DNA from: a virus
Taxonomy: Duplodnaviria; Caudoviricetes
DNA: 61,800 nucleotides
IMG/VR virus record: IMGVR_UViG_3300006789_000022
Span: 1-61,800 of that record
Strand: one strand, 5' to 3'
Shown here: positions 26,301 through 35,300 of the stretch, piece by piece
Numbering within the stretch: position 1 is the stretch's first letter
Layout: every line of letters begins with the position of its first letter
Position numbers and translations under genes: made by a program
Notes under the pieces: generated by a model
Seen by the model: only the letters and a program-made list of their open reading frames with translations
The model's database searches: none
What the model was told of the DNA's origin: nothing

Positions 26301-29300
26301 ATGATGTATGTGGACTCTAATACTGGAACCTTGATCGTGAACCCATTGGAACTGAGTGGGTTGTTGAAAGAATTTCAGGCTAACAATGGGGGCAGGCCCC
26401 TTTCCATTCGGACTCAGATGAACATCACCGCTGTGATTGCGAACGAGGAGATCGCACACGCGGCCTCGGTAGCCACGATCACGAAGGCCGAGCGGGACGA
26501 ACTTATCAATGGAATGACCTTCGCCGACGCCGAGGAGACCGTGAGCAACTACGGCGACGAGGGCAACGTAGGCAACAGGGAGCGCCTCCTTGAAGGGTGG
26601 CGGAACGGAGACCCCGCCGCGCAGCGTGAAATAGTGGAGGAGAGGCTCCGGCAACACGCCCAGAAGGTAACGAGGGGCTTCACTACCGAGGAGGAGATCG
26701 CGTTCCTCCGCAGGAACCCGAACCTTGTCCAACAAATCATCCGTTACTTCCAACGGTTCCTGAAGAAGCTCGGCTACTACAGGTCTCGCCGCGACATAAG
26801 CCCCCAGATGAGGACGGCGGTTGACCGTGTGGTGAATGAAATCAGGGCGCTGGAGGCGGGTTACCGATACTCCACGAACCTCAAGCCGTTCGACCCGAAC
26901 AACCCTGAATCTGTCATCGAGCAGTTCAGGAAGCAGGCGAACATGAACAAGCCCATCGAGCGGGCTGATGAGCCGAGGGAAGCCGAACCCGCGATGGCGG
27001 CTTCAGGGATCACGGCTCAGGTTCCAGCAGACGCGGGGGAAGTTATTGACGCCCGTGGCTGGACGAAGGTTGGCAGGCAACTTGGGTCTAACATGGGTGG
27101 GGTGTATGAAGACGGGGAGGGGAATAAATTTTACTTCAAGGAAAGCAAGTCACCAGAACACGCCCGTAACGAGGTGCTGGCCACGATTCTTTACGAAACC
27201 GCAGGCGCTGACATCCTCCCCATCCGTCTGGCGACGGGCAAGAACGCAGCAGGAGAGGACGTTCTGGGGACGGCCTCCGAGTGGCGTGAGGACTTCACGG
27301 ACTTCGATCCACAAGATCCGGCCATGCGTAAGGCCGCCTTCCCCGACTTCGCAATCCACGCGTGGTTGGCCAACTGGGACGTTGTCGGGTTGGTATATGA
27401 CAACCTCATGGTTGACGGTGAAGGGAACGTGGTTCATGTGGACACGGGTGGCGCACTCAAGTTCAGGGCGCAGGGTGAACCGAAGGGCGGTGCTTGGAAC
27501 GAGGGGGGTTCCGAGTTTGCAACGCTACGGGTGATGGGGCAGGCAGGCGAAGTGTTTGGTGGCATGTCCACCACTGACCTCCAGAACAGCGCGAACGAGC
27601 TACGCAAAATGTCCGACGATGTCATCCGGTCTGCGGTCGAGCGCGTGATGGGCGTGGGGGCCGACGGCACCGACATGGCCAACACCCTTATTGCGAGACG
27701 CAATAATATACTTAACGTGGCGTTCGGTGAGGGCCAGTTCGTGTCCTCCGGTATTACCGCTGGCCGCGACGTTCAGCAGCAAGCTGGGGTTACTCGTGGC
27801 GGGTTGAATTCCTTCGCCCAGAAAGTAGAAACCGGAGTGGTCTCGGCAAGTATGGCCGCCGACACACTGGCGAGCCTCCCGAACAGCGACCGGAACCGAG
27901 CCACAGAACTACTACACAAGCGGACGAAGTTCATGCGAGCGTTGTGGGCTGCTCTGGGCCTTAGCCAAGACACGTTCCAAGACAGGCAGACAAGACTTAG
28001 CAATTTCCGTCGGGCTTTGAACCGTCGGGCAGACGACCTCGACGCCACTACCCAGAAACAACAAACCCCTGTTATTGGGGACGATGTCCGCAAGTTCGAT
28101 CCGGTGGACCGCCAAGCTGCCAAGGAGCTTTCTAGGGGTTTGGCTTCAGGGATCACGGTCGGTGACTTTGATTTCGACGGCGTCTTCCCTGAAGGTCTTG
28201 AATATGATAGGTTTGAAGACGGCAGGTTCCGAGGGACTCCACTCCGCAAGTTTCAAGAGGGGATGCTGTCCGAAGGAGAAAAGCCTTCGGAAGACCCCCT
28301 AACAGAAAAGGACGTCGAGGAACTGGAGGAACGCCTAAAGAAACTAACCGTCGAGGGCGAGGTAGGCCGCTACTGGTATGAAGACGCCGCCAAGAAGATT
28401 CTCGAAATAACCAACGGCAATGTTGTCGAAGCCGAAAAGCTCATCGCGTTGTTGGCTATCTACTCCCCGCAAACCGGAGTGCAGGTTAATACCTATTTCG
28501 CTATTCGGGGTTACGAGCAACACGCCAATAAAGTCTCCCGCAAAGACTATAAGGTTAAAACTGCGGTTCAGGATAACAAAGCTCGTGCCGTCCTATACGA
28601 CAACAGAGATTGGGTAGGCCGGAAGACGGACAATTTCTACAAGAACATCATGTTCCACATCGTGCAGGAAGCGACACCGGAACAACTGAGGGCGATGCGT
28701 ATCGACACCGCGTTCTTGGAAGACATCCAGCAACCAGTCACCGTGGACATGTGGGTCTACAGGGCCTTGGGCTACGATACTATCGGGCTGACCGACAAAG
28801 AAGGGAAAGGTCCGTTCGGGTTTTCTGAGAAGATGATCAACCGCCTCACCTACTCCCTGAACCAGAACCTTGCCGAGGGGGAACCCCGATACGAGGCGCA
28901 CCAAGTGCAGGCGATGATCTGGACCGCGATCAAAGCGCGTTCCGAAAACAAAGCGGTCAAGAAGAAGACAGAAGCCGAAAGCATAGCGGCGGGGGACTTG
29001 GTCAGAAGAGGCAAAGAGCGCATCTTCGTCAGGCGGAAAGTGATCAAGATGGTCAAGGGGGAGGAAACAGAAGTCATGTCCGATGCGCCATCTGAGCGAG
29101 ACCACCAACGTAGGTGGACAGAGAACGCACTGGCCGCAACCGGAGTTGATTTCGTTGAAGCGTCCCGTTCTTTCGATTACTTCGTAAACTCGATGGGGCT
29201 GTTGGCAACGTGGGAAGTAATCGCGTCCGAGCAAACAGAGATGGGGAAACGGCTCGCGGCTATGTCTATCGACGAGAAAAGGTCGTTCACGGAGCAAGCG

Positions 29301-32300
29301 ATGCGATTGATAATCGACCCTACTACCGGAGAAGACCTCCTCGCAAAGGAACTGGGCATCGCACTGTCTACATCAAAAATCTCCACGGGGGGATACGCGG
29401 GTGGTGTGACGCCTAACGTCCTGTCTACTCTTTACCCCAACAAGCCAGCAGATGTGGGGGGCAAGGAGACTTACGACGACGACGCTATCCGCGCTTACGC
29501 ACGGTCGCTCCAATACATCTTCATGCAGGACGCCGTGCCGTGGGCTAGGTTCGTTAAGCACACGAAGCAGGATGTTTTCTACAAAGTATCAAAGCGTGGA
29601 ACGACCTCCAGAGGGGGCGTTCGGTTTGAAACGCAGGAAGAAGCGGAGAAGTTCGCCGCTAGTGAAAATGCTAAAATTGATACGGGCAAAGTTGTAAAGG
29701 TTGAAGATGGCGAGGGGTATCAAATCCAGAATAAAAAGGACAAGCCATACAAGCTACGGAGCAAGGAAACAAAAAAGATGGAGGAAACCCCTGTCTTTGT
29801 TCCGACCGTCACCGAAGACCCCGACCTCACTGAGCAACAGCGTATCGACAAAGCCGATAAGGAAGCGAGGGAAGCAGCCGAGTCCTTTAGGCGAGACAAC
29901 CTGATGCACATCATTGGGGGCAACAACCAGTCCCACGGCTTTCACCTCACGTTTGGAGAAAATCTCACAGAGTCCAAGGAACAAGAGATACAGGACTTCT
30001 TAACGTCCGTGCATCCTGACTTCGGGTTCACGAAGGTAGGCGCTAACGAGATAGTTGTAATTAACTATAAGATGGATTACATGGGTATGCTTCCTGTGTT
30101 GACAGACGGGGTGTTTGCGGCTAAAATAAATCAACAATATGGCCAAGAAGCAGAACTCGCAGAAATCACAACCGTCGGAGAATACGGATACCACGACTGG
30201 GGATCTGACTCCGCTGCCGAGGGGATCTTTTCCCTCTCTACCAGATTCACACCCGCTGTTCAGCAGAGGCTTCGTGGTTGGCGGCAGGGGTTTCAGCGGA
30301 TCTCGGCCCAGCGGGTCACGACCCAGCCCCACGCCCAAATCTTCAGACTAGCTTCCGGCATCACCGCCCGAAGGGGCGACGAAGATTATGGCCTCGCAAG
30401 CGAAGCCATGCTGCAAGCGTTTGAGCCGCGCAGGGACAGGGACAGGGAGTCGGCTCTCTCCGAGAGGGGTTCTCTCGACGAACGGCGTGAGGAGTGGGCG
30501 ATTGAAGAAGCGGCAAAATTACACCGCGTAGTTAGCGCCCAAAAAAAATCACTCCAAGCAGGGGGGCCACCGATGGCCTCCGTGCATGATATCAAGCTGA
30601 TCGCAGCGGACAGGGGTTTCAACGACGAGGTTACTGAAATCTATCTTGAATATCTGAGCGTGAAACGCACCATTGCTCGCTTGGATAAAGCACACCGCAT
30701 TGACGATTTAACGACGACGGAGGAGGCGACGGAGCTACTGGTGGGCGAAGGTCACGGAGACGCAGACGTTAAAAGGTGGCGGGCTATTGACAAGGCCGCT
30801 CCTGAGATCGACGGTGCCGCTATTGGTGCGTTTCAATCACTAACATTCACTGAATGGGAGGCCGCGAAAGGGGGCTGGGCTGGGAGGAGTGGCGTAGATA
30901 TCGACCCAGACACTGGTAAACAAGAACCGCCAAGCTGGTTGGACAGGGTCAAGATGGCCCCGCAGATTGCGAAGAAAGCGCGGATCAAAGTCCGAAACCT
31001 CCACGCTCGGTTACAGGAGATCGACCAAGAGTTCTTTGAACTTGAGCGTCGGCGGAAGGAAGCAGACACGGCCCTTCTGTCTGGGGTGGCGACCCGTGCG
31101 AAAATTGATTCGCTGCAAAACGAACTGATCTTGGAAGTAGCCCGCCTGAGAGGTTACGCCCCGTCGCTGTATCACGGCACCGCTAGGAGGCTGAGTATAC
31201 AGGCCCTGTTCGACAAGTTCGGGATCTCCCATGTCAGGTTGATGCCGCTCCATCCAGAAATACCTCAACACCCTGACCGCAAGGTAAAGATTGTGATGAG
31301 GAAAGGTTATGACCCTGCCGAGGTGCCGACGGTTGTCCGCGACAGCATAGACGAGTTCGTGCATGAGCATAAGTTTGACCACAGGTATCCTTTCGAGGTT
31401 TACAAGGGGGCCACCGGAGAACACTACACTCCGGCCACTGGTCTGATTTTCCTGTCCCCAAGGCAATCACACGCGCACGGTTTCGCTATGGCAAAAGCGG
31501 GCCATATTAACCGGAAGATAGCCGGAGCTGGCTCCCGAATGAGGGTGACGGAGGATCTTATCCTGCCGACCTTCGTCAAGGTGGACAAGATTTTTGACCC
31601 CCGTAAAGACTGGAGGTTAGTTGAGGATGTTCTCAACAGGTTAAGGCGGAAGCGGCATCTGATGGGGGAGGACGTATGGATGGAAACCGAACTGGATAAA
31701 CCATTCCACCTCCCGTCCAAGGCCGAAAGACAGGGCCTCACGGATGCCGCAGACAGGGCAGATGAGCAGGCAGCAGACTACTACAGGCTCATCAACGGCA
31801 AGTGGGATTGGTGGGAAAGGCCAGAGGTCGTCGATGCCGTGTTTGACTTGGGGTTTGACGCGATGCTCGTGTCTGAAAGTCCCGACTCACACGGGGTGCA
31901 GTCGGACGGACGAATGAATCTCGCGGTGCGTGACCCCGAGAAGCTCAAGACCGCACACCCCAGAACCTACGACAGGGACGGGAACCTCATCCCGCCATCG
32001 AAGCGGTTCGACGAGAGCAAGGACGCCCACATGTATTCAGGAATCACGACCCAGTTCGGTTGGACGGGGGACGAGGAACTGACCGCAGAGCAGACCAAGG
32101 AACTGGGGGAGATCCAGAAAGAACACGACAGCATCCTTAACGAGTATAAACATATTCTGGATAAGGGATCGCAGGCATGGCGTGGTGATGGTGGACGACA
32201 CAGGCGGAACGTCTTAACGGGACTGTCCCGCACAGAAGAAGTTCATCAAGGTTACCGATGGGACTTCATGGGCGAAGACGACTTGGGGTTCGGGTTTACT

Positions 32301-35300
32301 CCAGACCCCGAGCAGTATGAGGAGAACGCGGGCCAATTCGGGGCGGTGCCTGAGATGGGCATAGCAAATGTTACGATAGCTGAAATCGCCGCCCGACTTC
32401 AACCGCTCGTGAACAGGGCGGCAGAGATAGCGGGGTGGTCCCACAGACACATGTATCACGGAACGTCCTACGCTGAACAACCAGCAGGGGAACTGCCGTT
32501 CTGGAAGGAGCAGCCCGAACCCCACCGCCCCACGTTTGGCACGTTCGACCCCACTAAGTCCGATTACGCCGGACCAAAAGGACTCGTCTTCTTCTCGCCG
32601 AAAGTCCACAGGGCCGAAGAGTTTATAGGGATGCAGGAGGGAGGAGGCGGCCACGCGATCATTCCGGTGGTCACGAAAGCAGACATGAACATCTTCGACC
32701 CCCGCACCAACTGGGAAGAGTTCGTGGATGTTATTGTCATGTATCACGCCCTTGAATACCTCGGCCCCGAAGCCGAGGGCATGACGGACGAGGAGATCGT
32801 TCAACGGTTCATCGACGACAACACGGCGAAAGGCAAGGCTGGCGAGGCTTTCACTGACCAGAGCATGAATAGGATCAAAACAGGGAACTGGATCTACTGG
32901 GAGAAGCCGCTTGTCGTGGACGCGATCATGGCCAAATACGACGGGATGTTGGTTTCTGAGCCTGTTACCTTCAGCAAAGAACAGTTAGACGAAGCTGGCC
33001 TCGTTAAGGACGAGCATATGAACCTCGCCTTGCGTAACCCCAGCCTAGTCAAGAGCGTGGCACCGATCACCTTGGACTCAAAGGGGGAGATCGTCCCACT
33101 GAGCGAGCGGTTCAACCCAGCCAGCCCCGCGTTCATCCACTCCGGCATCACGTTCGGTGACGCGTCCGACCTCCCGTCCGAGTTCAACTCGGAGGGCGTG
33201 GACTACAGCCAGTTCATCGAGGTTCTGGAGATGCCCTTCATCGAGAAGGGACCGTTCCAGAAAGTGAAGGGAACGTGGAGGAAACTGTTCAAGGGCGAGA
33301 CCGACCCAACTGTGCAGCGTTACGTCCGGCAGCGGGACGCGTTCCTCAGAACGAACGACAAGATCGTCGAGGAATACCACTCCAAGTATAAGTCTGCTCT
33401 GGAGAAGGACTTCCCGAACCCCGACGACATCCCGTGGGACGACATCCAAGCAGCCACCGGAACCACTGACAACATCGACCCAGACCCAGACAACGTGTTG
33501 CTGGATGCACGGAACAAGGAGAAGGATGCAGCCCACGCCCAGTATCAGGCCGACCTCGCTACCGAGTATGCGAAGCACAAGCAGGCGGAAGATGCCGAGA
33601 AGGCAAAGATCGCCACCGAACCGGACCCAGACAAGCGCAAGACCCTCTACAGGGCAGCGGCAGACGCACGGAGGGCAAAGCAAAAGGCTTCAAAAGCGGC
33701 GCTCGGGACTACCAAGGGAGCCGCCGACGAAGCGGCCCAGCAAAAATACGAAGACGCCAAGGACAAGTCATTTGAGACGAAGAAGGCAGACATGATCAAG
33801 GACAGGAACGAGGCGTTCGACAGGCTACGGTCCACCGCCCCAAGCCTGTTCCCCGTCCTCCTCGACCTCCGGCGTCTGACCGACGAGCTATCTGCTCAGG
33901 CCAAGAGTCTGTTCGGGGTGTTCTCCGCGAAAGACCTGAGCGTTAAGTTCGATAACAATATGGGGCTTTACGTCACGCGCAGGTATCACATGTTCTCCGA
34001 CACCGACTACGTCGAGCGCATCCTTAGATCGGAGGCGACTAACGACAAGGCCGTCAGGGACGCGGCCATCGACTTCATGCGGGACCAGTTCATCAAGTTT
34101 GAATTCGACAGGTTCAAGCAGGACGGGCGGTCAGATGCCGACGCGCTTGCTGCCGCCGAAGCTAAATACGACAGCAGGGAACGGGGCGGACAGTCCTTGG
34201 GCTACCAGATGGCCCGTGATTTCCTCCAGTCCTTTGACACGGACACGGGTCCGATGGACTTCGCGTCGGCGTTCGACTTCGCAGGGAAGCCCGCCTCCCT
34301 GCCCGCCAGACTGTCCGACTCCCTCAAGGCGCTGACCAAGAACCTTGAAGGCAGGGCCGAGATCCCGAAGCCGCTCGCGGACCTGATGGGCGCGAACAAC
34401 GTGCCGGAGGACAGCATCGACTCGCTCCTCTACACGTTAGGCACGGTCTCCAAGATCGCCGCCCACCAGTCATTCCTTAATAAGATGAGGCAGCAGGGCG
34501 AGGTTGACGGGTGGCTTATGACCAACCAGCAGAAGAAGGATGCGGAAAAGAAAGCCAAGACGAAGGAGGAGTTCGACCGCATCAGTTCGATGAAGCCAAT
34601 CGTATCCTCCGGTGCTGACAGTGGGCTGAACCCGTTGGCTGGGATGTGGGTGGACAGGGACGTTCACGACGACATCCAGCCTATGTTCCAGCAGACCGTC
34701 AGGGAGCCTAACGACGCGTCCTCTCGGGTGCTGCACAACGCGATGACCTACGCCCAGAAGGCAACGGGCTTCGCCATGGCGGCCAAGACGTTGGGTTCGG
34801 TAGGATTCTACCTCCGCAACATGCTCAGTAACGTGCTGTTCTTTGGTCCGGCGCAAGGATACTGGGGGGCAGGCAAGTCCCTCATCTCCGGCGACCCCAC
34901 CGAGGGGACGGGCATGTCTGCGGTCATGGCCACCGGAAGGGCCTTCAGGGGCAACGCAGCCCGTAGCAGCGCATACCTGCGGGAGCTTGAAGCTCTTGGG
35001 GTGTTCGGTGACGAGGTCCGCTCCGAGATCATGCTCAAGTTGATGCGCGGCGAGGAGACGTTCGCGTCCCTTGAATCGCAACTGCAAGACCTCAACAAGA
35101 GGGCCGCGACAATCAAGGGGGCTAAGGCGTTACAGTCTATCCAGAACACTGCCGCCCGTCTCGGGTCCGCAATGGATTCGTTCTACAAGATCGGATACTT
35201 TGAGCACGAGTTGGCGGTCATCGAGGAAGCAGCCAAGCACGAGGAGGAGACGGGGATGCCGAAGAAGGACCGGAAGTATTCTCTTATGGAGCCTTACCAG

